A stretch of DNA of 64,000 nt. Source: Camelus dromedarius. Its lineage: Eukaryota. A program made the translations under genes and the position numbers. The notes below the pieces were generated by a model. It was not told the DNA's origin. It saw only the letters and a list, made by a program, of their open reading frames with translations, and ran no database searches. The stretch covers positions 52,392,001 through 52,456,000 of the forward strand of contig NC_087436.1 of NCBI RefSeq assembly GCF_036321535.1. The letters run 5' to 3'. This document shows, piece after piece, positions 39,095 to 53,249 of this stretch (position 1 is its first letter; each line of letters begins with the position of its first letter).

Positions 39095-39380
39095 ATCGTA
39101 CTGCAGACTGGATGGCTTAAAGCAATGGAAATTTATTCTCTCACAGTTATGGAGGCCAGAAGTCTGAAATCAAGATGTTGGCAGGGGTAATATTTTCTTC
39201 CAAGTCTCTAGGAATGAGTTGTTCCTAGTCTCTCTTAGCTTCTTGTAGTCCTTGGCCCTCTCTATTGTGTCATAGCATAACTCTAGTCTCTGTCTCTATT
39301 CACATGACTATCTTTCCTCTGTATGTCTAGGTACAAATTTTGCTCTTCTTATAAGGGCACCAGTCATATTGGATTAGACA
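39095..39380 (-). mobile_element. MLT1 LTR fragment (antisense)
   Basis: GGCTTAAAGCAATGGAAATTTATTCTCTCACAGTTATGGAGGCCAGAAGTCTGAAATCAAG...CTTATAAGGGCACCAGTCATATTGGATTAG. Confidence 0.85.
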
Positions 39381-39400
39381 GGACTGAGAATATAGCAGAA

Positions 39401-39402
<2 letters not shown>

Positions 39403-39436
<34 letters not shown>
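39403..39436. repeat. (AC)17 microsatellite
   Basis: Perfect AC run. Confidence 0.95.
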
Positions 39437-39438
<2 letters not shown>

Positions 39439-39940
39439 GCAGTGTACCACCATACACTGTTTATATATATTTATCAGCATTCTAGTTAAGAGGATATTTC
39501 ACAATTAAGTAGCTTTATATTCCAACAGCATTTATCAAAAATATTAAATGAAGAATACATGTGTCACTTTTTCATCAGTAGATTATAAATTCCCTGTAGC
39601 CATTAATAAATGCTTTATACATAATGACTTGCACATGGTAAGGCCCTCAGTGAATGCTTCTTAGGCATTATGACTTACACTGAAAGTTATTTTCATAAAT
39701 ATAAAATTTTAAATAAAGAAATCTTTAATTTATGTTTTGAATAGATATGTGTGTGATATGTTTATCATAGAACATGTATTTGTCATAAAACATTCTGTTG
39801 AGACAAATAGTAAAGATGATGGTTTATCTACTACATTATTAATTGCTTGAAGGAAAGTAGGTTGCCAGCAATATTTGTGAAATGATACTCCTGGTAAAAA
39901 CATGTAGAATTCTCCCTTCACCTATCAGATTATGTCTTTT

Positions 39941-42900
39941 TTTATTGAAGTACAGTTGATTTACAATGTTGTGTTAGTTTCTGGTGTACAGCAAAGTAAT
40001 TCATATATATGTATATATATGTATTCTTTTTCATATTCTTTTCCATTTGTTTTATTACAGGATATTGAATATAGTTCCCTGTGCTATATAGTAGGACCTT
40101 GTTGTTTATCTATTTTATACATTAGTAGTTTATATCTGCTAATCCCAAACTTCTAATTTATCTCTCCCTGACCCCCTTTCCCCTTTGGTAACCAGAAGTT
40201 TGTTTTCTATGTCTGTGAGTCTGTTTCTGTTTTGTAGATAAGTTCATTTGTGTCATTTTTTAAGAATCCACATATAAGTTATATTATATGATACTTGTCT
40301 TTCTCTTTCTGATTTACTTCACTTAGTATGATAATCTCTAGGTCCATCCATGTTGCTGCAGATGGCATTATTTCATTTTTTATGGCTGAGTAGTATTCCA
40401 TTGTATATAGATACCACATCTTCTTTATCCATTCATCTGTTGATAGACATTTAGGTTGCTTCCATCTCTTGGTTTTTGTAAATAGTGCTGCTGTGAGGGG
40501 TGCATGTATCTTTTTGAATTATAGTTTTCTCTAGATATATGCCCAGGAATGGAATTGCTGGATCATATGGCAACTCTATTTTTTGAGTTTTTAAAGGAAC
40601 CTCCATACTGTTATCCATAGTGGATGTACCAATTTATATTACCACCAACAGTGTAGGTTCTCTTTTCTCCACACCCTCTCCAGCATTTATCATTTGTAGA
40701 CTTTTTACTCATGGTCATTCTGGCTGGTGTGAGGTGATACCTTATTGTAGTTTTGATTGGCATTTCTCTTAGCTATGTTGATCATCTTTTCATGTGTCTG
40801 TTGCCCATCTGTATGTTTTCTTTGGAGAGATGTCTATTTACATCTTCTGCCCATTTTTTGTTTGGGTTGTTTGTTTTTTTTGTTGTTGAATTGTATGAGC
40901 TGTTTGTATATTTTGGAAATTAAGCCATTGTCAGTCACATCTTTTGCAAATATTTTCTCCCATTCTGTAGGTTGTCATTTTGTTTTGTTTATGCTTTCCT
41001 TTGCTGTACAAAAGCTTACAAATTTTATTAGATCCCATTTGTTTATTTTTGCTTTCATTTCTATTGCCTTTTTTTTTTTTTTAACTATTTCTGTCAGAGA
41101 ATGTTTTGCCTATGTTCTCTTCTAGGAGTTTTATGAGATCATGTCTCAAACTTAAGTCTTTAAGCCATTTTGAGTTTATTTTATATATGATGTGAGGGAG
41201 TGTTCTAACTTCATTGATTTACATGCAGCTGTCCAGCTTTCCCAAAACCACTTGTCAAAGAGACTGTCTTTTTTTCCATTGTATATTCTTACCTCCTTTG
41301 TCAAAGATTAATTGAGCCTAACTCTGTGGGCTTATTTCTGGACTCTATGTTTGGTTCCATTAATCCATGTGTCTGTTTTTGTTCCAATACTACACAATAC
41401 TGTTTTGATTACTGTAGCTTTTTAGTGTTGTCTGAAGCCTCGTGGAGGCCGCGTGTGGTTATGCCTACGGCTTTGTTCTTTTCCTCAGTATTGCTTTGGA
41501 AATTCTGGGACTTTTGTGATTCTATATAGATTTTAGGATTACTTGTTCTAGTTCTATGAAAAATGTACTGAGTAATTTGATGGGAATTGTGTTAAATCTG
41601 TAGATTGCTTTGGGTAGTATGGCCATTTTAACAATATTAATTCTTCCAATCCAAGAGCATGGGATATCTTTCCATTTCTTTAAATCATTTCGATTTCCTT
41701 TATTGATGTTTTACAGTTCTCAGTGTATAAGTCTTTCACCTTCTCGGTCAGGTTTATTCCTAAGTATTTTATGTTTTGATGCAATTTTAAAAGGGTTTTT
41801 TTTTTTTACTTTCTTTTTCTGATATCTCATTGTTAATATAAAGAAATGCAACAGATTTCTGTATGTTAATCTTGTGTCCTGCTACCTTGATGAATTTGTT
41901 TATCAGTTTTAGTAGTTTTTGTGTGAAGTCTTCAGGGTTTTCTATATGTAGTATCATATCATCTGCATATAATGACAATTTTATGTCTTCTCTTCCAGTT
42001 TGGATCCCTTTTATTTCATTTTCTTGTTTGATTGCTGTGGCTAAGACTTCAAATACTGTATTTCATAGAAATGGTGAGAAGGGATATTCTTATCTTGTTC
42101 CAGATTTTAGCAGGAAGGCTTTCAGCTTTGCACCATTGGATATTATGGCAGCTGTGGGTTATCACAAATAGCTTTCATTATGTTGAGATATGTTCCTCCA
42201 CACCCACTTCGGTAAGAGTTTTTTTTAATCATGAATAGATGTTGAATTATATCAGATGCTTTTTCTGCATCTATTGAGATGATCATTTCATTTTTGTCTT
42301 TTCTTTTGTTGATCTGGTGTTATTACATTGATTGATTTACACATGTGACTCATCCTTGTGACCCTGGGATGACTCTAAGTTAATCATGGTGTATGATCTT
42401 TTTTATGTGTTGTTGGATTCAGTTTGCTAATTAATATTTGGTTGAGAATTTTTGCATCCACATTCATCAAAGATATTGGCCTGTAATTTTCTTTTTTGGT
42501 AGTGTCTTTGGTTTTAGTATCAGAATGATGGTAGCTTCATAGAATGAGTTTGGGAGTGTTCCCTCCACTTCAGTTTTTTGGAAGAGTTTGAGAAGAATTG
42601 GTATAAATTCTTTGTATGTTTGATAGAATTCCCCACTGAAGCCATCTGGTCCAGAACTTTTGTTTTCAGGAAGTTTTTTAAAATTGCAGATTCTATTTCA
42701 CTTCTAGTGATTGCTCTGTTCAAATGATCTATTTCTTCTTGATTTAGTTTTGGTATGCTGTATGTTTCTAGAAACTTGTCCATTTCTTCTAGGTTGTCCA
42801 ATTTGTTGTCATATGATCATTCATAGTGTTCTGTTTTGGATTTTTGTATTTCTGTGGTATCAGTTGTTATTTCTCCTCCTTTATTTATTTTGTTTATTTG

Positions 42901-45091
42901 GGTCCTCTCTCTTTTCTTCTTGATGAGCCTGGCCAGAGGTTTGCTGATTTTGTTTACTCTTTCAAAGAACCAGCTCTTGGTTTTATTGATTTTTTTCTAT
43001 TATTTTTAAAAAATCTCTTATTTTATTTATTTCCTCCCTTATCTTTATTATTTCCTTACTTCTGCTGACTTTAGGCTTTGCTGACTTTTTCCAGTTCTTT
43101 TAGGTGGTAGGTTAGGTTGTTTATTTGAGATTTTTCTTGTTTTTTTTTTGAGGAAGGCCTGTATCTCTATCAACTCCCTTCTAAGAACTGCTTTTGCTGT
43201 ATCCCATAGATTTTGTGTGATTGTGCTTTCATTGTTATCTGTCTCAAGGTATATTTTAAATTTCCTCTTTGATTTCCTTACTGACCCATTGGTTTTTTAG
43301 TAGCAGGTTGTTTAGTCTCCGTGTAATCATTTTTTCCCTCTCATTTCTTTATCTGTAATTGAGATCTAGTTTCTAGTTTCATGCCGTTGTGGTTAGAAAA
43401 GATGCTTGAAATAATTTCTGTTCTCTTAAATTTGTTGAGAAATGTTTTGTTTCATAGTATGTGGACTATCCTAGATAATATCCTATGTATACTTGAAAAG
43501 AATGTTTATTCTGTTTTTTTTTAAATGTAATGTACTGAAAATATCAATTAAATCTAACTGTTTTATTGTGTCATGTAGGATCTCTGTTGCCTTAATGATT
43601 TTCTGTCTGGAAGATCTGTCCACTGATGTCAGCAGGGTGTTAAAATTTCCTACTATTATTGTAATTCCATCCATTTCTCTCTTTATATCTACTAATATTT
43701 GTTTTATGTATTTAGGTGCTCCTATATTGAGTGCTTCTAATAAGTTATGTTAATATAACATTTGCTATGTATGTTAATGAGTATAATATCCTCTTTTTTA
43801 TTGATCTTTTTATCATTAAATAGTATCTTTCTTTATGGTTTTCATTTTAAAATCTACTTTATCTGATATGAATATTGCTACCCTGCTTTCTTGTCATTTC
43901 CATTTGCATGAAATATCTTTCTATCCCTTCACTTTCAGTCTTTAGGTGGCCTTTGTCCTAAGGTGGGTCTCTTATAGGCGGCATATTGTAGGCTCTTGTT
44001 TTATTATCCAATCTGTCACTCTGTCTTTGGTTGGAGCATTTAGTCCATTGACATTTAAGGCAATTATTGATAGATATGTGTTTAATGCCATTTTAAACCT
44101 GTTTTCCAGTTGATTTTTGTATTTCTTCTTTGTTCCTTTTTTTTTTTTTATCTTTTTCATTTGTGGCTTGGTGGTTTACTTTTGTGTTATGCTTGTGTTC
44201 TCTTCTTTTTTGGCTTTTATGAATCTATTGTATGTTTTTGATTTGTGATACCTTTCTTTTTTTCAAGTATGTTAACCCATTACTGTATCTGCTTGCTTTA
44301 GACTGGTAGTCATATTGGCTCAAACACATTCTTTAAAAAAAAAAAAGAAAAAACTACACATTCTTACTCCCCTCCCCTACATTTTATGATTTTGATGTCC
44401 TCTTTCATGTCTTTATGTTTATCCTTTTGTTGTTCATTCTAGTTTTCTTCGTTTTCACAAAATTTTGATTTTTTTTTTCTTTTAATGTGTGTACTGGCTT
44501 ATTTAAGTGAATAACTTAACAGTTATGATTTTTTTCTTTCCTATAGATTCTTGCTTCTTTTCTATGTAGAGAAGACCTTTCAGTATTTCTTTTAGGGTAG
44601 GTTGAGGATTGCTGTCTTTTTTAGTTTTTGCTTACCCGAGAAATTCTTCATCTCTCCTTCTATTCTAAATGATAATCTTGCTGGTTGCGAGATTTTCCCT
44701 TTCAGAACTTTGACTGTATCTTGCCACTCCATTCTGGCCTGCAACCTTTCTGTAGAGAAATCAGCTGATAGCCTTATAAGGATTCCCTTGTAACTAACTC
44801 TGTGTTTTTCTCTTGCTGCCTCTAGAGTCCTTTCTTTAACCTTTGCCATTTTAATTATAATATATCTTGGTGTGTAAGTCTGTTTGGGTTCATCTTGTAT
44901 GTTAATATGTTACCTTCTGTGCTTCTTGTACCTGGGTATCTGTTTCCTTCTTCAGGTTTGGGAAGTTTTCAGCCATAGTTTCTTCGAGTACATTTTTGAT
45001 CCTCTTTTTTCTTTCTTCTCCTTGTGGGATTGCTATTATGTGGAGATTGGGATTCCTTATATTATCCCCTAGATCTCGTATATTGCTTTTA
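39941..45091 (-). mobile_element. 5'-truncated LINE-1 (partial ORF1, inter-ORF spacer, decayed ORF2, 3' UTR), 5151 bp, with 12-bp TSD
   Basis: ORF1p C-terminus at 44592-44849 (IRLSADFS...LSFRIEGE). ORF2 endonuclease at 43972-44091 (LNVNGLNAP) and 43483-43674 (IIVGNFNT). ORF2 segment at 42520-42801 (NLEEMDKFL) and RT at 41787-41978 (SLYADDMIL). TSD ATTATGTCTTTT at 39929-39940 and 45092-45103. Confidence 0.97.
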
Positions 45092-46283
45092 ATTATGTCT
45101 TTTAATAGAGGATATTAATCCTGAAAATTCCAGTTTTCTCCTTATCATTTTTATTTGAGAAGTTTGCCATCATTACTTATAAATACACACAAAAAAAACA
45201 CATGAAAATGTTGTGTATATTATCTTTGTTGAGTATTTTGCACTCAAATAATAGGAACAGATCATAGCCACATAATTTATTCCATGTAGTTTTTTATTAG
45301 TTTGTTTGTTTGTTTGTTTACCAAGCCTGAGAAGCAGCTGAACCTTCAAAATAGTCCTTCTCATTCCTGTTAGCACTAGAGAAAGTGTAGAAATGTTGCC
45401 CAACTTTGGTAGCGGTGGAAATGACAGTGTAGCAAAGCAGAACCCAAAGTGGCTGGTTAGCATGATAGCTGAATTGAGGATGTTTTCCTTCCCTCTTGAT
45501 TTGCACTGCTTCCTACTCCACTTGCCTTTGGTTAGAACATTTGCTTTAGCTTTGCCAAGGTCTGTCACTTTGGGTATAAATCAGTTGGAGGAGGATGTGG
45601 TTACACAAATCCTCAGGACTCTCATGGTGGCAGCTATGCATGATGCAGTCCTTTCACAGGTGAGTCAGCACTGGAGAATAAATGGGTTATTGTGTCTTGG
45701 CACCCATGGCTACATCCGTAACCTGCCAAGTCAGATCTCTCTGGGCAATTGTGGGATTCTCATAATGCTCCTTAAGTCCCTTCTTTGGCAGGCACCCCAC
45801 ACATTATGCCATTTTGCATGACATAAAAGGAAAAACAGAAGAAAAAAAGATAGTGGCAATAATAGCAGATTAGGCTATTCCAGTTAGTTTAGAAGATGAG
45901 TGAGATGACCAAAATAGCAGTTGAGAAGACCATTTGAAATAAAATGATCAAAAGCTGCAATCAATAGCCCTCTGAGCAATGTGGATACGGGCTTAATGTT
46001 AGTGAGCTAAGACTTAGGTATTGAACCGATGGTTATGATAGTTCTCGAAGGACCATGGCGAGACTAGGCACAGCCTAGACAGTTCTGAGTATCACATAGC
46101 CATAGAGATAGAACGTGAATTGTACTCCAAATAGGAACAACAGTGTTTGAAATAATGTGCAACTGGGATAGAGTGGAGGAGAGAGATGTGCTGGGTTCCC
46201 AAGAGGAGCTCAGTGATTTAGATTGATGGTAGACAAGGTGATGATTTAGTACATTGGGAACAGTGTTGCTGCTGCAAAACACA

Positions 46284-46313
46284 TTTTGTTTTTGTTTTGT
46301 TTTGTTTTGTTTT
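46284..46313. repeat. (TTTTG)n microsatellite
   Basis: Direct read, about 5-6 units. Confidence 0.85.
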
Positions 46314-46962
46314 ACAAAAGTCTAACAGGCAATTCTGATACATACATAGATGGATAGGTTTAAAACCTATTGTTATGTATTTATATCTGTCAATCTTATC
46401 TTTTTAAAAGTTTATTTAACACATGATATTGGAACTACTGCCTTTTTTCGTCTGGAAAACTATTGGGCAGAGCTCATGTGTATTTATTTTGTAACTTTCA
46501 ATATTTGAAATAACTCTATACTCTTGGTCCAGTTCTTAGTAATCATAGAATACATTCTTAAAAAAAATTCAACTTTGACAATAAGCCACAAAAGCAACTG
46601 TTCATCAACTATATTTTGGTATGTAACAGGCATTATTACATTTTCAAAGACAGCAAATGTCTAAGTGGGAAGATGTTTGATTTTTTGGCCCTACCTCCCT
46701 GAGCAATGCTGTTGGGCTACTTAAGTTGTGAATCTTAAAGGACAGTTCAGAGTAGACTCTGGTTAGGAAATAAAGCAGTTGATTTTATTTATGCACTCTG
46801 GGCAGTTTAAGGAGGACCATATTTACATAACTGTTATGCTTCTATTATAATTCCCTAATTCCAATTCACATAAAATTATACCAGATAGTAGCAGTTTCCA
46901 TCAATTGATGATGAGATGCCTGTCATGAGTCATTATACTCTCTTCCTTTTCTTTTCCTCCCT

Positions 46963-47580
46963 TCCTTTCAACAAACATTTATTGAGTGTATGCTAAATAC
47001 CAGGCACTTTGCTAGATACTAGATGCTACAGAGAGAATTATGAAGAACAAAGACTTTATCCTCAAAGAGCTTACTCAAGTGTAGAACCAGATACAGTACA
47101 GAAGAGACACAAGAAATTAGAAACTACAATATTATGTGATAGCAGATATGATACAAAGTTGTGCAAAGTGCTGAGGGTGCCAGCAGGTTGCTTCTGCCAG
47201 TGAAGAGAAAAGGGGAAAGATATTTATTAAAGGCTTTCAAAAGACCCCACTTGAATTATGATTGCAAGGAAGGGGAGGGGCTTGCAAAGAAGGGAGATAA
47301 AAATACCATCCAAGAAGGGATCAACAAGGGAAAAACCACAAAGCAAAAGAAATCCCATTGTATTCAGAAATCCAAAAAAGGGTGGGATTGCTGAAAAGTG
47401 AAAGGTAGGTGGAGGAGAAAATGACAAGGCTGGAGACAGAAGCAGTGGTCAAATCACAAAGGGGCTTGGATTTTGTACTAAGAAATTTAGACTTTTCCTA
47501 ACCACAGACAGGGTTCAAATGTGTTCCCCTGGCCACAGACAGGGAACAAATAAAAGATTTCAAGCAGAGAGGTGACACTG
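46963..47580 (-). mobile_element. L2 LINE (antisense, from 3' end)
   Basis: TTCAACAAACATTTATTGAGTGTATGCTAAATACCAGGCACTTTGCTAGATACT...CCTCAAAGAGCTTAC. Confidence 0.8.
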
Positions 47581-48869
47581 TAGCTGGTAGTATTTGAGTT
47601 GTCTTTCTTCCTCCCATCTGCACTACTCAGACCACTCACCCCCACCATAATTTGATGTACCAGTGGTGTCCTGTGATCAACGTGAGGCAATCGTGTTATC
47701 TCTATTAGGGTTTGACATTATGGAAGTTGAAACACAGAAGCTATGGAGTGGTCATATGCTTGGAAAAGCAGAGGAAGTCATGATCTATGCACAATTGATC
47801 AAATGGCAGAATTGCTGCTAGGAAAATGAAACCTGTAACTATGGCCAATTTCTGAGTGCCGATCTATAAGGATGAAAAAGGACATAGAAAGTGCCGAGGA
47901 TAACTGTAATGTTCAGGCTGAAAAGCAAAACTATGAGCCAGATTCCATCATATTCAATAAAAGTGGAGACAGATCTACCAAATGGTTGTACAGAAATAAT
48001 GAAGGTAGCATGGTGATTGCTACAGCCAACTGATAGCCTTCAAAAATAATTTTTAGTAGAATGTAGCAGAATGGTATATAGGCAGCAATAGAAGTCAATA
48101 AAATTGTGAAATGTGAGAAAATATGATAAAAAAAGGAGTATAGTATATTCATGGGAAGGACCCCCCCCCCTCATTTTTAAGGCCAAGCTCTGCAGAGAAT
48201 AAATTATGAAAAGGGTACATACGTAAGAGAATTTGTCCTGGAATGGGGGTCTCAGAAGGCATAGTGGAGAAGTCTGGGGAGAGGCAGATATTGGGTTAGG
48301 GAGAGGAAACCCAGTGCATTACAGTTGTTTGGGGGGCCATCTCACTTTGTGTAGTAAGGAAAAGAGAGCAAGTATCAAGAGTTACATACAGACTACACCT
48401 GAGCTGACCAGGAAGCATACGTAACTACAAAGTGTTTATAAGCAAGGGTTGATCTTGCACATTTTAGTTTTAATACTATAAAACTTGTCTCAAAGCCTTT
48501 GAGCCAATAAAAATTCAGTCGTCTTATAGGTTGGTCTACAGAAGAGATTAAGAATGAGAATCATGTCTTTAATAGTCTTGAAGGAGATGGATGGTTCTAG
48601 AGCAGCCTTGTTTCTGGAGAGAGGACTGGCCTCCAGTCATGGGGTAGAAAACTGCAGTGGAATCCTGCTCGTGCTGAGAATATGCCAAGACCTGCTTTGA
48701 CTTGTTAGTCCTTCCTTTTTGAAGAATAAGTTGAATATGAGGACCTGTATAGGTTAACATACCAGATTCCTTCTGAAATTGTGGATTCTATCTAGCTAAA
48801 TAATAACATCCTTATTGTTAGAAGCTTTTGTGTAGGTACATAGTGGGATTCTTGACAATAAAAGGAAAT

Positions 48870-49070
48870 AAAAATAACTGCCATTTACTAAACATTTTCT
48901 ATACTTTCTATACTGCGTTAAGGGTTTACAAGATGGTTTCATTCAGTCCTCCTAACAAAGTTGTGGGAGTGGGTGTAGTTATGTCCATTTTATTGATAAG
49001 GAAATGGATAAACAAAAGATTAAATAATTTGCCCAGGGTCTCAGAGTTAGTTAATAAGAGTCACTGAAAT
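48870..49070 (-). mobile_element. MIR SINE (antisense)
   Basis: AATAACTGCCATTTACTAAACATTTTCTAT...TCCATTTTATTGATAAGGAAA...GATTAAATAATTTGCCCAGGGTC. Confidence 0.8.
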
Positions 49071-50659
49071 GTTGCTTCAGTCCATGATGCCTTTGCAGAA
49101 TTGCCAACAAATCAACGGGAGGTTTTCTATATCTCATGGGGAATTATACTATATATATTTGATAATTCAGGATTGCTCTTCCAGAGGCTATTCTGAACTT
49201 TTCCAGATACTTATATGTGAAATTTTAGTAAACTAAAAATTTAGTTTTAATGCATTTTCATAAACCTCCATGCAGTTAAGGGGTGTGGCTTGGCTTGTAA
49301 GCTGTGATCTCGTTGTCTAAATAGCTAAGGTTTTATATGAATGAGGTTAATGACATTAATAATCAGTTCTTTTTCCAACTTAAATAGTATAAATACATTC
49401 AAATCTTTGTTAACTGCAGCATTGTATATTGAAACCGAATTTGAATGGAGATTTTAAGAAATGCAGCATAGGTAAAATAGATTATCTTTCATATCAATTT
49501 TCACCTGCGTTCAAACTCTTTTTAGTTTAATTATGGTCTCAAGTAGAATTGTATGAAATTAACTAGAAATTTTTCTTAAGGTCAAGATTTTATCTAGGAC
49601 ATTAAAATGCCTCAAGCTTCAACGTGGCTTTTCTGTTAGCGTCCTATCAAAAGCCTTGAATTAGTTCTCAATTTAACATTTTATTTCCTCTTTAATGCTA
49701 AATATTTAGTAATTTCTAATATAAGCAGAAAATTAAAGGTGCTAATTGGCTTATTTAGAATTACTTTTAGCTTTTTAATTCTTTGATACCTTCCCTGATA
49801 TTTTACAGGAGATGGGAAAAGTTGCAATGTGATTAGGCAGAATACTTAAAATACTGTCTTTCCCTGTTCAGAGTAGCTTTTCCAGACAGCTTCTAAGATT
49901 GTTCAAATATCTGTGTTGTTTTCTCTCCATCTATATTCTACTGAGTTCTTTACTGTCTTCTACCCATCTAAAGTAATTTTACTTCATGATCTCTGACAGA
50001 GTGCTCATTCTTATAGAGGCAAGTTTCATTTTTCTCAGACTATTACAAGACCTAACTTTTAAAAATATTGAAGCAGAACATAAAAAGTTTTCCGAGGAGT
50101 TCTTCAATAACATAATTTGCCACAATATCTAATGAATTCCTCATAAAGCCACAATTCTAAATTCAAATTCTCAAAGGTTGCTATTGTTTTCAAACAACCT
50201 AAAATTGTTTTCTTGTGTCAACATGAATTTCCATTTCTGATCTCTTAGTTTTCAATGTATCCTTTGCTTTCCAAGGGTTTCCCATGCATCTCCCATGGGT
50301 AACTGAGAATTTTCTAGTAACTTGTTTTGAATCTTACGTTCTTCTTTCATTTAAATGGATATTATGCCTTATGGAATCTTGTTTATATGACTTGAAAGAA
50401 TTCATAAAATCTAAATGACTCTTATGTTATTAATCCACTCTCATTTTTTGCATCTGTTCTCTTCTCTCCCACTTTTTGCTCCTAAATTCCTAATTCTACT
50501 TCTAAATATCCTGTCTGGCCATACCCTTTAAAATAGATGAACTAAATGGTAAATTACTAAAGGTTTTTCTTTTTTTACATAGATAAATATATATAGAGAG
50601 AATATAGGTATTTGAGAATAATGCAACCACAGTGATTATTTAAATCTTAACACTTCCTT

Positions 50660-51590
50660 AATGCCTATATGAAGTAGTGCAGGCATGTTCTTATACTGCA
50701 AGAAAGTGAAATTGCTGGGTTAAATGACATATGTACGTATAGATTCACTATATATTTCAAACAGTTTTTAAAAGTGGTTTATCGATTAGTACAGTCACCA
50801 GTAATATGAATGTTTATAGCTGCTTTATGTATAATAATCAAACATTGAACTGCAAATATCCACCAACAAGAGAATGGCTGTGAAAAAGAATATGGATTAA
50901 ATCTCACAAACATACTATTGAGCAAAAGAAACAAGCTACAGAAGAATGTGTGCTGTATTATTTTACTATATGGAAATCAGGGACAGGCAAAACTAATACA
51001 AGATGACAGAAGTCAGAATAGTGGTAACCTGATGGGAAAACCTGAGTGGGTCTTAGAAAGCAGCTGCGGTGCTGAAATTGATCTATATCTTTATATAGGT
51101 AGTGATACAGAGATTGTTACATATTTAGAACTTCTGATTCTGTGTGTTATACTTCAGTAGAGAATGTGCCAATAAAATAATAAATATATATCTTGATGCA
51201 TTTTCATAATGTGATTATAGACCCTTAACCTAATGAAAGAAAAGAACATTATCTGCCCCTAAAAGCACTCTTCCTATCCCTGATCAGTGTCTTCTACCCT
51301 CCAGAGTAACCACTTTCTGACTGCTAATACTTTTGGATTACTTTTGCCTGTTTTTGAACTCTATATTAAGTGAATTGCTTATAGTTGGTGTTTATTCCAA
51401 TTGCTTTTCAGAATTCTACTGAATGAATATACCACAATTTTATTTTTATCCATCCTACTAGAGATGGCATTTAAGATTTTTCCACGGCCATTACACGTAG
51501 TCCTTCTGCGGACATTCTTGTATCTGTTTTTGGTGAATGTAAATATGCATTTCTATTAGACATATTCATTTGAGTAGACTATCCAGGTCT
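50660..51590. mobile_element. Cluster of old L1 3' fragments in both orientations
   Basis: Antisense piece AAGTGAAATTGCTGGGTTAAATG (~50700), sense piece AAATCTCACAAACATACTATTGAGCAAAAGAA...AATAAAA (50830-51180), antisense piece CCAGAGTAACCACTTTCTGAC...GAATATACCACAATTT (51230-51590). Confidence 0.7.
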
Positions 51591-52519
51591 ACCAAGATGG
51601 CTTTATTTCCCTAAGGTGAAACATAATTACCATCCAGTGTAAATCCCTTTTAACACTTGACAGTCATTATGTTTTATCATCTCTGAAATCCAGAACTACT
51701 TGAACATAATCAGTTATTTGTGCACTTCGTTGGTCTTCAGCTTTACTCAGCTACTTCTTATGTTTATTTCTTCTTTTTCCGAATACAAGTGTATGTTCTC
51801 AGAGAAAAATATTGCATCTCCCATTCTTTAATTTAAAGACATGGTTAGTTCCATTTGCATCCACTTAGCATTTCAGCCTCATCTTCCAAATTCTCTACTT
51901 CCCTAGTTACCTGTTTTGATCCTTTTTTTTTTTTTTTAATACTATCCTTTCCTTGACTACTCCAGGGAGCACCTATTCTTTAGCATTTTGTCATAAGCAT
52001 TATCCCTTGTTCTCAGGCTCACCTTTACCCCAGATTTATTCATTTATTTTTTGTTCCTTCTTTGCTCCATGATCGCTAATCTCAGAGCAGTCTCAGTAGA
52101 AAGGGAATTTAGACAGGATTTTAAGTACCTGTAATTTTAACAGTATTAAGGTAGCCTCAGTGAGGGATACAAAGAAGATTACAACAAGATACAGACAGCT
52201 TCTCACGAATTGGTCTAGTTAAAGAGATGCCAAGTAAATTCAAGTAATAAAGTCCATTAGGACCATTAGAAGTCATTAGTAGTGAAAAATGATAGGGCCC
52301 AACCTTATCCAAAATAAAAGCAATACAAAGGCATCAAGTAAATGTAAGGAAATCCTAATGAATCTCACTTTTTCTATGATGACAACAATTGATTAAAATA
52401 CATATAATATCAATTCTGAAATTATTTAAATGAAAATTCTTTTTGTTTTTATAAACCTCTGTCATAACCCAGCTTCCTTAGAAAATACAGACAAAAGCGA
52501 ACCCTTCTGCACTAACACT

Positions 52520-53100
52520 GTGTTGGGGAATACAAGCCTAAGATGCGAGAGTCAAGGAAATGGAGACTGAGGTAGAGAAGGAAGAAAGAATATAAGAGAG
52601 GTCCCTGCCAACCAGGCCACGGTTTCCTGGAGAGCTGATATTACAGTAATTTAGGATGTTTTATTAGAGACCATATGTAGTAACTGCAACTCCAAACAGT
52701 ACATGGCAGTAAAGGAAGAAGGGAGATTTACCTGTTGACGCCAACTTCCACTGATACAGATTTCCCCCATGAAGCATCTACTTCTTCAAACTTCTGGGTT
52801 GCAAGGAAATGGATGCCAAGTGAGGGCTGAGCTCTCTCACGCCATAGTGGCATCAGGGAAGCACCAGAGCATGAGATAAAGTATATGGCATGACGCGAGA
52901 CAAGGAACCGTTGAACCTTGCATGTGAGCAAATAGGCATAGTTGGAAACTGTAAGAGTGGCTCTAGGTCTGTGACGATGGTGGTGGTGGCGGTGGCAGCA
53001 ACAATCTGGCTGCACAACCATGGGAATCATGTAAGCTCCTGCCAAGGCCCGCTCTGACCCAAAAGCAAAGCATGAACATGAGTCTGGGATGCACATAAAA
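52520..53100 (-). mobile_element. Probable ERVL-class LTR adjoining the ERVL internal remnant
   Basis: GC-richer block lying 3' (in element orientation) of the ERVL dUTPase remnant. Family not identified. Confidence 0.45.
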
Positions 53101-53249
53101 AGAACGGCTTTTCAGATCCATTCATTTCATCTAGTGACATCAGTGTCTCTCCTACGATAAAAATACCTCATTTCTTCCTAGGATAGGAAGCGCAAGTCTC
53201 ATTCATCAAGCTGGCCAAAAATTTTAACTTTCCAAAAAAACCTTAAAAA

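Noticed and set aside
40757..45072. Many plus-strand Phe/Leu-rich ORFs resembling membrane proteins
   Set aside because: They are antisense translations of the A-rich L1 on the minus strand.
52975..53000. His-rich stretch (HRHHHHRH) in ORF 52728-53096
   Set aside because: It comes from a short (GGT)n-like repeat inside a probable LTR.
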